A DNA stretch of 64,000 nucleotides from Eledone cirrhosa (GCA_964016885.1 OZ024741.1:132680001-132744000); one strand, 5' to 3'; shown: positions 48,513-61,745, numbered from the stretch's first letter. Translations and numbers: made by a program. Notes: generated by a model from the sequence alone, not told the origin.

Positions 48513-48813
48513 ATACATACAGAGAGAGAGAGAAACAAATCACTTAATGGAAGGTAATCACTGTAAAAGCCAAAAGTGGAACGTTCGAGCAAGACATGGC
48601 CTCTTAACCTGTGTGTGGCAACCCATCAGATCCAAGCAAGCATAGAAAATAGACATTAAACAGTGATGGTGATGATGATGTGTGTGTGTGTGTGAGTATG
48701 TATGTAAACATGAATGTAACGATGTAATGGAATGATTCTGTTACAAGGTTGGCTGTGGTGTTTTAATTCAGAAGAAGCTGCAGTTATTAGTTAAAACATT
48801 AGCATCAGTTTAC

Positions 48814-48951
48814 CTTATCCTTTGGAGTCAAGCGGGTCCAAGGTTTGTCTGCCCTTCGGTCATAATCTTGAGCTTCTGTCACCTCAACATAGTCGTTAAA
48901 TTTGATTATTTTTCTCTCCTTTAATTCATCTATACTAGGTCGGAAACTTAG
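48814..48951 (-). CDS. PHACTR: PHACTR exon [46 protein letters not shown]
   Basis: 138 nt, ag/gt flanked, phase 0-0; last RPEL motif plus RVxF-like IIKF and YDRRADKPW. Confidence 0.97.
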
Positions 48952-49344
48952 CTGCAATAAACATGAAAAAATATCAATCAGTGAGAGAATTTGTGAAATA
49001 TTTGTGGGAGTAAAGGGTATTTATAATAAGCTAGTGGGAGTAGCGATCATTTACAATAAACCTGTGGGGGCAGGGGTCATTTATAATAAACCTGTTTGTC
49101 ACAGCTAAAGAGATTGTTAAGTTCTGTCACAGCTGAAGTGATTAATTAGTCATATATAGAGATTGATAGTGATTAAGGTTAGTTAGAGTAGTATGTATAT
49201 GTAAAGATTTATGTAATGGAGAAGTTTCTATGTAATCACTCAATCTAATCAATGTTACACTCCAATTTCACACAACCAAACACCAAAATGTATTTTAGAA
49301 TGGTAAACCATGTTTTGAGTCCTATATCATTAGAATGTTTTTCT

Positions 49345-49625
49345 CTATGAGAAACCATCAGTTGTTTGATCAACTAAATGTCAAACTCATAAATTAAAGT
49401 ACAACTAGTTGAGAATTCCACAGATATGTGTACCCTTAATGTAAATCAGCATGACACAATATGTGACAAGGTTGATGGGCTTCCAGGCAGTTTCAGTCTA
49501 CCCAATTTTCCTCACATGGCTTGAGTTGACCCAAAGCTGTGGAAGAGACAGTTACCCAAGATGTCATGTAATGAAATCAAATTGGGTAACTCATGATTGC
49601 AAAGCAAACCCCTTAGTCACTAGTT
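49345..49625 (-). mobile_element. Degenerate SINE-like repeat (family C; + copy ~51045-51300)
   Basis: Shared caagccNtgt..gatagacagaaactg..ggaagcccatca core. Confidence 0.55.
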
Positions 49626-49653
49626 TTTGTGTTTTCACTGATAATATACATGT

Positions 49654-49752
49654 GATGGCAATGATAATATAGATATAATGGCTATGATAATATAGATATA
49701 ATGGCTATGATAATATAGATATAATGGCTATGATAATAGTAGATGTGATGGC
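49654..49752. repeat. 23-bp tandem repeat (atggctatgataatatagatata) x~4
   Basis: Direct reading. Confidence 0.9.
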
Positions 49753-49978
49753 AAATCCGTTATAGTGTAGAATAAGTAATAAGACACACATACACACATA
49801 TGTATATAGACACACACACACGCACACACGATATATGTGTGTGTATACGTGCATGCATGTGCGTGTGTGTGTATATATATACACACACGTAGTGCACCTG
49901 AGCACTGTACACAATAATTTCATTATTATATACATATATACATATACACACATACATTTTATATTCATACATTATTGA

Positions 49979-50296
49979 GGCACATGGCTTAGTGGTTAGA
50001 ACATTGGCCTTGCAATCGAAAGGTTGTGAGTTCAATTCTCAGACCGGGTGATGTGTTGTTTCCTTGAGTAAGACACGTTATTTCACATTGCTCCAATTTA
50101 TTCAGCTGTAGAAATGAGATGATATGACTGGGGTCCATATCATTCCGCTGCAAAGTGGTCGTGGATGTGCCACAGCAAAAAAGCACTCACTGTAAATGTT
50201 AGGAAGGGCATCCAGCTGTAGAAATCAAGCCAGAATCAGTTCCTGTCACACCCTTGCAAGCAGGGAAAAGCAGACGTAAAATGATGATGATGATGA
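49979..50296 (+). mobile_element. SINE family B, second near-full copy
   Basis: Collinear with 48178-48512. Confidence 0.88.
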
Positions 50297-50576
50297 CATT
50301 ATATATATATATATTCTCAAAATGGTATTTCATCATAAGCCAAACACACACACACACATTTATTAACACATTTCATTATCAATATATTTCATTGATCTTA
50401 GCATATTGATTCATTCCTTCTGTCTTCTTCCCCCGTCTCTATTGCAGATACTGATCAACTCTACCAGTGAGACATTGTGGCTGGATTGCCGTACTTGAAA
50501 TAGCAGACAGACACCATAAATGGAAATTCTGACTGGCTCTAGATACAAACTTGACTTATATGGACTAAAATAATTC

Positions 50577-50968
50577 ATTCTAAAATTGGCACAAGGCCAG
50601 CAATTTGGGGGAAGGAGAAAGTTGATTATATCAACCCCAGTACATAACTGGTGCTTTATTTTATCAAACTGGGAAGAATAGAACTTGAAGTCAGAATGTA
50701 AAAAGTTGTAACTAAATAACACAAAACATTTTCCCTGATGCTCTACCGACATTGTCAATCCATTGGCCTCTAAATAATGTCTTCTAATTTAGGCACAAGG
50801 CCAGCAATTTTTGGGAGGAGTTAGTCAATCAAATAGACCCCCAGTACTTGACTGGCACTTTATTTTGTCAGCCTTGGAAGGACAAAAGGCAAAAATTGAC
50901 TTCAGCACGATTTGAATTTAGAGTCAGAATGAATATTAACACTAACAATTCTGCCTATCCACAACCCT
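50577..50968 (-). mobile_element. Two head-to-tail SINE family A copies
   Basis: ggcacaaggccagcaattt starts at ~50588 and ~50792. Confidence 0.75.
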
Positions 50969-51311
50969 CATATAGTCTAAAATAATGTTTTCTTTATTTT
51001 TTTTTTTTTTTAGTCTAAAATAATAAGAATGTTTGAGGGTGTTACTGGGAGTATGCCAAATTGCTTTCATCAAGTCCAGGGTTTAATCCAGAGTGAGTGT
51101 ATTGTTATAACTTCAAGTCAACCCAAGCCTTGTTAGTCAAATTGGATAGACAGAAACTGTGTGGAAGCCCATCAGTCCAGTATTGTTCCACATGCTGTGA
51201 TGGACTGATTCTGCCTGAGGATTACATTTAGGATACAAGTACCTTGTAATTCAATGAATAGGTATTGTTGTTGATCAAATAATTGGAATTCTCATAATTA
51301 AAACTGATGAA

Positions 51312-51392
<81 letters not shown>

Positions 51393-51636
51393 GATATCTT
51401 GCCGGGCACACAAGAAGAAGGAGATGTTTCTTTCGCCTGCAGCATATCACAAACGGATATTTCATCTGAAGATATCGTTTCTATAACAACAACAAATACA
51501 TATGTTACATCTGGAATTGTATAAGGGAACCATTGGAATAATTATAATGAATAAACAATTTATGTAATATCAGCATCTTTTATGTTATTCTTATATATAT
51601 ATATATATATATATATATAAGAGAGCGAGAGCTTAC

Positions 51637-51698
51637 CTTCCGAATGAGGTATCGTTTCTTTTCTTCCTTTTCTTGTTTAGCTTCTTCTGCTGATTTAT
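51637..51698 (-). CDS. PHACTR: PHACTR exon (N)KSAEEAKQEKEEKKRYLIRK
   Basis: 62 nt, ag/gtaag flanked, phase 1 to 0; joins the neighbouring exons in frame. Confidence 0.92.
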
Positions 51699-51786
51699 CT
51701 TTAATAATATTAAAAAAAAAGAATATAAATATATAGAAAATAAGACACCAGCATTAAGACTGATGATATAAAGAAGAGTAAGTCAG

Positions 51787-52146
51787 TGTTTCACTGTTGA
51801 TAGTGAAACATATGTAATTAGATATGTATATGATGCAACACTGATGCTTTGTCCCCTTATATTTTAATATTATTGATACACAAGAGCATTAATTTGCAAG
51901 CAGGGAAAAAGCGGACGTAAAATGAAATGAATAAATGAATATAGGTAATAAGGTGCAAATTAATTGCGTCCACACAGGGTATACCGAACGACCACTTGAT
52001 GCTCTTGTGTATCAATAATATTAAAATATAAGGGGACAAAGCATCAGTGTTGCATCATATACATATCTAATTACATATGTTTCACTATCAACAGTGAAAC
52101 ATATGTAATTAAATATGTATATGATGCAACACTGATGCTTTGTTCC
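51787..52146. repeat. 103-bp perfect inverted repeat (51787-51889 / 51999-52101) plus partial third copy
   Basis: Direct comparison; contains GAAACATATGTA; the spacer holds a SINE/RTE tail fragment. Confidence 0.9.
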
Positions 52147-53199
52147 TTTATATATACACACACACACAGACACGTAAGCATCCATCATACAGCTTTTCCT
52201 TCAGTTTCAGCTTGATCTTCAAAATTTCAACCATCTTTCACAGTATTTTGCTAGACTGTATTTATATAGAGGCTCCTGCATGCATGATCCCTTAACTTCC
52301 GAGGGAGTCATGGGGGTGCTGTATTAGCATACACCATTTCTAGGTCATTTTTTTAAAAACGTGGTAGTGTCCAATCCTCTTCAGATCTGAATACAGCAGA
52401 TTTCTTTCAAAGGAGAGAGAGTGAATTGAAGTGAAAATGAGATATAGAGGGAGAATCATCATCTATTCACATAATTCTCACTCCCACAGGTCAACAAATG
52501 GAACAGAATTGTTTCTAATTAGAAAAACACACCAAAATATTCAATGCTATATCCTCTGCTAACATTACTACAACTCTGTCTACTAGTTTTACTAATATCC
52601 TCTACTAACTCTGTCTACTAGTTTCACAACTTCCGGTACCTATAATTTCCTTCATCTCTCTCACTGAATAAAAAGTCAACTAGTTTGCGAGTTTGGATAG
52701 AATAACTTCTTTTGAAATGATTTAAACAGATACAGAAATAGTGAAATAGTAAAGTAGTTTCCAGCTTAGACACCATCATTCATTCTTGTCTAAAAGACAA
52801 TATTCTGCACAAGTTACACACACGAAAGGTCTAGCAATGTGACAAATGTAAAATTCTGGTAGAAGGAATAATATATAAATATATAAATGAAGCTAAAAGT
52901 ATTAAAAACACTCAAGCTATCATTTTTCCATTACTTAGACATTTTTACAGTAGCAAGATAGTGCATAACCTCATTGACTTAGAGTCAGGGTCATTTATCA
53001 AAACTAAAACTGATTATCCATGATTAATGAGGATTAACATGCTGATTTATTGGCTTGTTATATTCAATGAAATATGACACACTAAGAGTCTGGACTGATT
53101 TGGCATTAGATAACTAAAAGATAGCCTTCAAATAAATAAAATATAGGCACACTTAGATATGATAAGATACATTAAGATAAGAAATCAAATCAAATCACT

Positions 53200-53566
53200 A
53201 TTATCTATGTCTTCCATGCTGGCATAGGTTAGACAGGTTGTTACATTCTGAGAATAGACAAGACAGATGACCAAATATTGCTAATACATTCCATTTTGGC
53301 ATGATTACTATGGCTGGATACCTTTCTTAATGCCAACCACTTTAATGTGTGTACTGGATGCATTTTATTGTGACACAGGCACAACCACTTTACTGTGTCT
53401 ATTGTGTGCATATTATTGTGGCACCAGTACTACCACTTTAAAATGTGTATTTTATTGTGGTACCAACACTGCCACTTTACAGAGTGTATTGCGTATATTG
53501 TATTGTGGTTCCACTTTACAATGTGTATTGTGTGTATTTTATTGTGGCACCAACACTAACACTTTT
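53200..53566 (-). mobile_element. RTE-tail element with tandemly amplified ~43-bp internal motif
   Basis: ccatgctggcatagg tail; repeated ccactttaca..gtatt..tattgtggcacc units. Confidence 0.6.
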
Positions 53567-53906
53567 TGATTGAAAACATGAAGAAAGAGATATAAGCTTT
53601 TTGAGAAGTTACATAAATACTACAAATCATCCACCCTTAAAATGAGCTTCATAGTGTATTGTTTTCCTAAAGCCAATGCCAAATATTATATGTAAGCTTT
53701 TAGTCTGATGCATTCCATAATGTTACAACATTATAGTATTAATACTTAATTATCCAGAATGTATATTAATGAAACCAATCGCACTTTAGACATCTTCATG
53801 ATTGAACAGATCTACAGGATATTCTACCCTCTTTCAGACATGGAAAAGAATCTAACTAAAGCCATAGTGGCACTGTTCTGACACTTGGAGTGTCTTGGAG
53901 ATTTAA

Positions 53907-54127
53907 CCCTTTAGCATTTAAACTGGTCATATCCAGCCAGAATTCTCTCATCTCTTTCTGTTCAAACCAGCCATAACTGGCTGGCCATACTTATGTTAAA
54001 GTATTTTTCGCAAAATAAATAATATCAAAATCTCTTAGATTCAATATTATGTGAGATAATTATTTGAAATAAAGTGTTTTCCGTGAAAATACAACATTAA
54101 ATATAGAGTAATGTAAATGCTAAAGGG
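53907..54127. mobile_element. piggyBac-like MITE, 221 bp
   Basis: TTAA-CCCTTTAGCATTTA ... TAAATGCTAAAGGG-TTAA: TTAA target duplication and CCC-starting TIRs. Confidence 0.88.
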
Positions 54128-54715
54128 TTAAACCTGGTGGGTATTGGACATATAAATTTAGTGCGACTTGGACATTTAAACTTGGTGGAGCACATTCCTC
54201 TCCAAGTCTGAACACAGCTGGTTTCTTCCAGCAGAGAGAGAGAGCGTCAGAGAAAGCAATAAAAAGAGATAGAGGAAGAATTGACTCCAGTATTTTTTTT
54301 TTATCAATCTTGAAAGGATGAAAGGCAAAGTTGACCTTGGTGCACAGAGAGCCAGAACAAATATCAAGACATTTAATCCAATACCCTAACAACTCTGTAC
54401 AATTTTCCACCTCCTTTCAAGTCATCTTATTCTTTTTCTTCACTTATTCCTGGTAAGGCCATGGGGGCAGAGTCCTCAAAGACTCCTTTCAGTGGGTCTT
54501 GTTAGAAGCAAACGTCTCCAATTGATCCAGCTAAATTCCCAAGCTTTCCAGTCATGACAATCAGAATATAAATCTCAACAAACTTTTAATCAGGAAGGAT
54601 GGTTACTATGAGATGATTGTTTATAAAATATAGATTAAGGTAATGTTTGGCACTCTTACCAAATCATATTGCAAAAATAAATAAATAAATAAAAAGAAAC
54701 ACAGTGGAAACTTAC

Positions 54716-54771
54716 TGTGCAATATATTCCTTTGCTCGAGTTCTTCAGGCGTTGGCCTCAAACTTAGACGT
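54716..54771 (-). CDS. PHACTR: PHACTR exon RLSLRPTPEELEQRNILH (RPEL motif)
   Basis: 56 nt, acag/gtaag flanked, phase 2 to 1; canonical RPxxxEL..NIL. Further upstream exons were not found in the window. Confidence 0.95.
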
Positions 54772-55434
54772 CTGTTAAAAAAATGATTATTGATTAAAAT
54801 TTAAATCAATTATTTATGAGATGTTATACATGGACAAGTTAGGATTTTTTGCATAGGGCCTAGAACAGGGACCACCAAACCTTTTCGACCATCAACCCCT
54901 TAATGGAATCCTTGACCCATCATCAACTCCAGACATGTACAAAAATAAATAAGTAAATAGAATTTAAAATAAATAAACAATATTGATTATATATAAATCA
55001 GAAACCCGTATAAGTAACATGTATTTTATTGTATTATTTTATGTATTTCCCTTTCTTATAGAAATGTCAGGTTTTGGTCCCAAATTTCAATCAACCACTA
55101 GGTAATCCCATCAAACCCCTGGACATCAATATTGACCATTTCAAAGACACATAACATAAAATGGTACTGGTACTTCTTTTACTAATCTTAGAAGGATTAA
55201 AAATTAAAATTTCACTACAGTATCACATGACTGAATGAAATAGACTAACTCTCCAGCTTCTGTGGTAAAATCTATATTCTAAAATATCAAAATTAAGACC
55301 TGTCCACCAGTACAATAACTACAACACTAAAAGTTAATGTAGTGACAGACCTAACACTAGTGTTTGGCAATTGAATAGAGACAATACAGGGTTTAAGAGG
55401 ACTTTTCTGTCTGGGCAAACATGCGATAAGCCCT

Positions 55435-55635
55435 CTATGGCTGATGCCATGATAAAATGGAACCTGTACACCCTGAAAGGTGGTTAGCACTAGGAGGGAC
55501 ATCTAGCCATAGAAACCATGCCAAATACAGAATGTAATGAATAGGATGGGTCCCTCCAACCTGCCTGATCTCAGACCATAATGTGTCCAACCCATGCCAG
55601 CATGGAAATCAGACATAAAGATGATGATGATGAAG
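55435..55635 (+). mobile_element. RTE-tail non-autonomous element
   Basis: ggagggacatctagccatagaaacc..cccatgccagcatggaa..(gat)n. Confidence 0.65.
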
Positions 55636-55802
55636 ACAAGAAGTATTATTAATTAAAGAGCAAGGTAATGCATAGAAGTGACTGGAAGAAGGAAATAAAG
55701 AAAGGCTATGTACAAGACAAGTTCATACACACACATAATTCACTTTCTCTTTCCTTCTAAGATTTGTGAATAAATTAGAAATCATTATTAATATTAATTT
55801 TG

Positions 55803-56452
55803 GGGCGGTGAATTGGCAGTATCGGTAGAGGGTTGGACACCATGCTTTCTAGCATAGTTACGTCCCTTTACAGTCTGAGTTCAAATCCCGCCGAGGTTAA
55901 CTTTGCCTTTCATCCTTACGGGGTCGATAAAATAAAGTACCAGTAATGTACTGGATAATTGCTGGCCTTGTGCCTAAAGTAGAAACAATTATTAATATTA
56001 ATTTCATGGGTGGTGGATAGACAAAATCATTAGAACATCAGATGAAATGCATTGTAGTATTTCATTATGGCCTTCTATGTTCTGGTTTCACATCCTGTTG
56101 AGATCAATTTTGCCTTTCATTCATCTGGAGTTGATGAAATAAAGTACCAGTTAAGTATTGTGGTTGGTATAATTAACTTTCCTCTTACTCCCCAAATTGT
56201 TGGCTTTGTGCCAATATTATAAGCAATTATTAATAATTGTTTTTATTGTTTGCACAAGGCCAGCAATTTGAAAGGAAAGGCAACGTCAATGAAATCGACT
56301 TCAGTGCATTACTGGCACTTTATTTTATCAACCATGTAAGGATGAAAGGCAAAGCTAACCTTGATGGGATTTGAACTCAAAATAAAAAGAGACCAAACTA
56401 TATGCAGTAAAGCATGTTGTTCAATGCTCTTCCGATTCTCAATCCAACACCC
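55803..56452. mobile_element. SINE family A cluster: two + copies then one - copy
   Basis: 55803-55988 (+, TGGCAGTATCGG and GTTCAAATCC boxes), 56007-56225 (+), 56250-56452 (-). Confidence 0.8.
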
Positions 56453-57339
56453 TGAAACAATTATTAATAATGTTTTCAAACCTAAGCTGAAAGCCAGACG
56501 TTTTGGGGGGGAAGGTATAAGTGATTAAATTGACAAGAGTATAAACAAATGGTGAAACCCTCAGCTGCAGGAATTGAAATCAGAAAGTGATGAAACCTAA
56601 TTAAACATTGCAAACCTCTATGTGATCACTCAACAGCTAAACCTCCTTCAACTCACACACTCCTGTCTTTAAAAAAAAATGAAAGACACATATGTTTTCT
56701 ATGTAATACTATACTTGAAAAAAAAATACAAATTATGAAAAATAAATAGACAACCTGTCCAACCTTTGCTAGCAGGGAAAACAGACATTAAATGACAATG
56801 ATTTATTTTGAATAATTATACATATTGATATTTTTTTTAACTTTTATACATATATCTATTTTTTTCTTCTTCATTACTTAGATTTTCTTATCTTTAATAA
56901 CTGTCTTGAAATAAAATGACAGTAAATATTATTTAACAAATAACTCTACATATATAAATATGACATCTTTTATGTTTAATGAAAAGCAATCTTATGTTGA
57001 GGTGAAATATTTAAATAATTTGATTCATAGATTTCAATTTACAGGTTTGCACACACACATATATATGTGTATGTGTGGTAAGCATTACTACCAATCATTC
57101 ACTGTAGTATTCTCAGTGTTGGAAGGGGTTTGAAGATGTAGAGGAGAAACACATTTAACACTACCAAAAAAAGCAAGAAAAAAGGCAATACACAGAGTCA
57201 CACCTAGCCTCTCTAACCAAATATTCATATGTCCAGTCTACAGCTGAAACTGTATATCAAGGGTTGGGATGTACAGTCACCAAAGGATCCACAATTAATA
57301 GGGTAATTGATTATCATCGAATTTTGATGAACAAACCAC

Positions 57340-57700
57340 AAGCACCAAAAGAATGCAATCAGATACAAGCAACTGAAATGGGGTTCTTCCAAGGGTCTTT
57401 GGAGTAATGTTACTCAATAGAGTGCATAGCTTGGAGATCAGAAGGTCACTCCAAATAGAACTGCTACTTCTTGGAATTGAGAAATCACGGCTTTGATATA
57501 ACAAAGAAGTGGTTAGAATGTCTCAGGAAAGAATAGCTGGACAGATTTTACAGGCAAAACCCCAAGCTTGGCTGGTCTCGCTTGGGAAGCCAGCTTGATC
57601 AACTGGAGACGGTTACTTCTGACAGGATCAGCTGGAAGGAGTATTTGAAGACTCTGCCCCAACGACCTTCCCAGGAATATGTGGGCGAAGAAGAGGAATC
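57340..57700 (+). mobile_element. RTE-type LINE 3' fragment
   Basis: LLNRVHSLEIRRSL..IEKSRL..VVRMSQERIAGQILQAKP; the 3' end matches 4100-4185. Confidence 0.65.
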
Positions 57701-58817
57701 ACAGCTAAGTGAATGTGTGGAGTGGTAGAGAAAGGCAAGTAAATATTATTAGGTAATAAGTTTAACTCATGATACCAAACTGTCCTTGATTTTATGATAC
57801 AGTAGCTGTTTGTTTTAAAGTATTTGTATTTTTCTAAAAACAATCTATCATCATTTCATGTAAGAACCTTTGTTAAGTTATGTTCCAAACACCAGATAAA
57901 TAATGAAAAAGTTAGTTATTTTACAAAATCTCTCTAAGTTCTTGATTATTTTCATAATTAATTGGAAATCATAGGTAATGTGTCATTAGAAATATTGTAA
58001 TGAGAGGGTTGAAGACATAACAAGATTTATACATAATTATGTATGGCAACAGAAAGGATAAAAAATATAGAAGCTTAAATACTTGACACGAAGTAAACAT
58101 TTTAAAATGACATTTATGCAGTAATGCAAAGCCTTGTAGCTAGATTACTAAGCAACATAAACTGGTACAATATCATCAGACTTTTCTTCTAACTAGGAAG
58201 AAATTTGGCTGCCATTGTTAACTTTAGTCATTTAAATAAAAAATAATTATAAACATACCTCCATTGAAATGACACTTTAGTAAAGACAATTATTTCATTG
58301 TGAAAATAAAACAACGTCGTAGGTGAAATGAGATATAATGAATAAATATGTTCACATAACATGACTAGTAATATGTACAATAATAGTAATTCCATAATCA
58401 TATAAGCTGTAAATAATTGAACCTTCTTATATGATTGAATATCATTCTGTTGTAAGAAAGATTTTACACAGAGAAATCATATACTTGTAACTGCGTAAAG
58501 TATGTGACGTAAACAATCTGGTGTGTTTATTTTGTGGCTTATCAATATATGCAGAGAGTTTCTCCACCCTGGGTATCAGGAAGACACTTGGCAAGAAGTG
58601 GAAACAAAACTGAAGGAAGAGGAAAAACGCAAACAATAATAATAATGATGATAATTACTAATGAATAAATATGCTCACATAACATGACTAGTAATATCTA
58701 AAATAATAATAATGATGATTTCTAACAACAACAATCTTAATTCAAGGCCAGATGCTAATTGGATATTGTTTAGCTTATTTTAATATTCATTTTTTTTCCC
58801 CAGCATTTCTAACATTA

Positions 58818-58853
<36 letters not shown>

Positions 58854-58914
58854 CAGCAGAAGCTTTAGTAGTAGTAGTAGCAGCATTAGTAGTAAAGTTG
58901 GTGATGATGATTGT

Positions 58915-59655
58915 TTCTAATTTAGGCACAAGGCCAACAATATTTTTTCACACATGGGGGTGGAGAGACATTACACTGACCACTGTCTTCCCCTGTGCTT
59001 GACTATAAAGGCAAATAATAGTAATTCTTTTTATCATTGGCACAATGCTAGCCAATTTGGGGGAAGGGGAACATCAGATACCGAAAGGATGAAAGGCGAA
59101 GTCATCCTTGGTAGAATTCGAACTGAGAATGTAATCAGCTGGAACAAATACTGCAAAACATTTGTCCTACACCCTACAATTCTGTCAACCCACCACCTTA
59201 ATATTCTTTCAAATATTGGCACAAGGCTGATAATTTGGGTGAAGGAGAAAGCCAAATATATCGACCCCAGTACTTAACTGGTACTTTAATTTACCGACCC
59301 AGGAAAAATAAAAGGCAAAGTTGACCTTGGTGGGATTTGAACTCAGAACATAAAAAGTTGTCACTAAATGCGGCAAAGTATTTTGCCCAACGCTCTACTG
59401 ATACTGCCATTCCACCACCCTCATAATGATAATTGTTTCTACTTTTGGCACAAGGCCCGAAATTTGAAGGGAAGCAGAAAGTTAGTTAAATCGATCCCAG
59501 TACATTACTGGTATTTTATTTTATTAACCCCCGTTATGATAAAAGGCAAAGATATCCTCGGCAGGATTTGAACTCAGAACGAACATAAAGGGCCGTAACT
59601 ATATGGCACTAAGTATGCTGTCTGATGCTCTACTGATACTGCAAATCCACCATCT
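58915..59655 (-). mobile_element. Three head-to-tail SINE family A copies
   Basis: ggcacaagg tails at ~58925, 59218, 59446; aaaggc..atttgaactcagaac cores. Confidence 0.75.
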
Positions 59656-60619
59656 TCACCCTAATAATAATAACAACAATAATAATCATAGTTCAAGGCC
59701 ATCTACTAGTTGAATATTGCTTCTCTTATATAATACTATTTCTTTTTTAATAACTCTCAAAAGGAGAAGGATATTAGACAATGAAGATGTTAACGATTTA
59801 ATAAAGTAAATTACAATAATTTAATGGTGGTATTTTCTGTTAATAACAAAATATGACAACACAGTATCCTGCTGTTATTATAATCAATAACATCAGAACA
59901 CATTTAGTTTCTGGGGAAGGATATAATAGATTTTCTAAAAGTCAAATATTTATTTTTATTGTGATATATTCCAATATAAGATGAGGATAATTTGAAAAAA
60001 TGAAGGAAGATTGAAAAATACCCTCTGAGTAAGTAATTATTAGTAGTAGCACTAACATGGCATGATTCAAAATAGAGGTGTATACAGAAGCATATACAAT
60101 ATGCTTATGTATAAATAAACATACATAAGTCTCGCTGTGGCTATTTTATTTAAGCTGTGATCATGTCAGAGGTAACAGTGGCATGATCACATCTTAAAAT
60201 ACTCATAGTGAGACTTTTGTACATTTATAGAAGCAATAATATACATAAACATATTGTTTCTGCTTCCCTGTATCTACACCCCTATAAAGTAATTATTATT
60301 ATCTAAAACTGACAGGTATTTAATAAAATAATCAGTGAACAGGTGAAATATCTACGAAGGTGATAATAATACTACCTCACAGAACAGCAGACAGCAATCC
60401 AAGCAATGTATATTCCCCGTACAGGTCTATATCTACAGTATTTGCCATATATACTACACTTTAGACAGGCACTCAGATAGAACCAACTATCCACAGTCAT
60501 CGGGATAGGTCAAGTGCATCAGTAGTGTTCCGATAAAATTGTTGCACAATTCAGAAAGTAACAACAACACAGCATATATCTGCTGTGTTGTTGTCTTACT
60601 TGAAATAGTGGTGTGAACT

Positions 60620-60835
60620 GGCAGCAGCAGTAGTAGTGTCAGTAGCAACAGTAGTAACAGTAGTAGTAGCAGCAGCAGCAGCAACAGTAGTAACAGCAGC
60701 ACTAGTATTGTTGTTATTATTATTAATATTATTATTATTATTACGTGGTGGTAGTGGTGGTAACAGCAGTTATCTCTTGTGGCCAATAAATGAAATAATA
60801 ATAATAATTATTATTATTATTATTATTATTATTAT

Positions 60836-60868
<33 letters not shown>

Positions 60869-61090
60869 CTACAATTTAACTGGCAACAATTGCAATACAA
60901 AGGCAACAGTAACAATAGCAACAACAATAACAGCAGCCACAACATCAATAACAACAGCAGCAGTACTAACACCAACAACAACAACAACAACACTACCCAT
61001 AACAACAACAGAAACAATATTTACAACAACAACAGTATTAACAAGAAAAGCAACAACAATAATAACAACATCAATAACAACAGGAGGAGG
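60620..61090. repeat. Compound trinucleotide microsatellites (CAG/TAG/TAT/AAC)
   Basis: Direct reading. Confidence 0.9.
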
Positions 61091-61434
61091 AAGAGATTTG
61101 GTTGTAGAAATAAATGATAATCTGTTTACACTAAAATGTTCTACATTATATTTTTTTTTTATGCAACTGCTGACAGTGCTAAATGACAGAGTTAAGCAGT
61201 ATAGTGACAGGTAGGAATAAGACACAGGTATTGTTGCTTGTTGTTCTTATACACAGATACCAGATGCAAGGTGTGGTGTTTAGAACAGAAACTTTGTGTG
61301 TGTAGATGACAGAAAGGGTTATTAGTTAGACAACAATACTATTGCTATCTACAATTGTAAATATCAGTTGAATCTTTCATATTTAAGAAGGGAGTCAGTC
61401 TATATTAGAATTTCATTAACCTCAAAACACACAT

Positions 61435-61745
61435 TCATCATCACCATTTTACATCCATTTTTCCATGCTAGCATGGGTTAGACGAGTTGTCCTGTTGAGG
61501 GCAATGCTAGGTCAGGTGACCGTGTCTTGCTCATACAGAACTGATTTTGGCTGGTTTTCTACAGTTGGATGCCTTTCCTAACGCCAAATTCATTTATAGT
61601 GAGCAGAGGGTGTTTTTTGTTGGGATGCCTACACAACCACTTTACAGTGTGGACTGGGTGCTTCTTTCGTGACACATACACGACCACTTTACAGTGTGGG
61701 CTGGGTGCTTTTTGTCGAACACTTATATGACCACTTTACAGCTAA
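61435..61745 (-). mobile_element. RTE-tail non-autonomous element
   Basis: Collinear with 2902-3170. Confidence 0.7.

Noticed and set aside
51755-51820. CTGATGA at 51760 as the missing core for GAAACATATGTA
   Set aside because: The flanks do not form stem I.
53335-53566. CRISPR-like regular repeats (also 49654 and 61590)
   Set aside because: No unique spacers, no cas genes, and a eukaryotic context; these are simple or TE-derived tandem repeats.
54866-55150. Possible hAT-like MITE starting cagggaccaccaaacc
   Set aside because: The right TIR and 8-bp target duplication are not convincingly identifiable.
60487-61225. Poly-Asn/Leu/Val ORFs
   Set aside because: Compound trinucleotide microsatellites with no domain or phase link to PHACTR.
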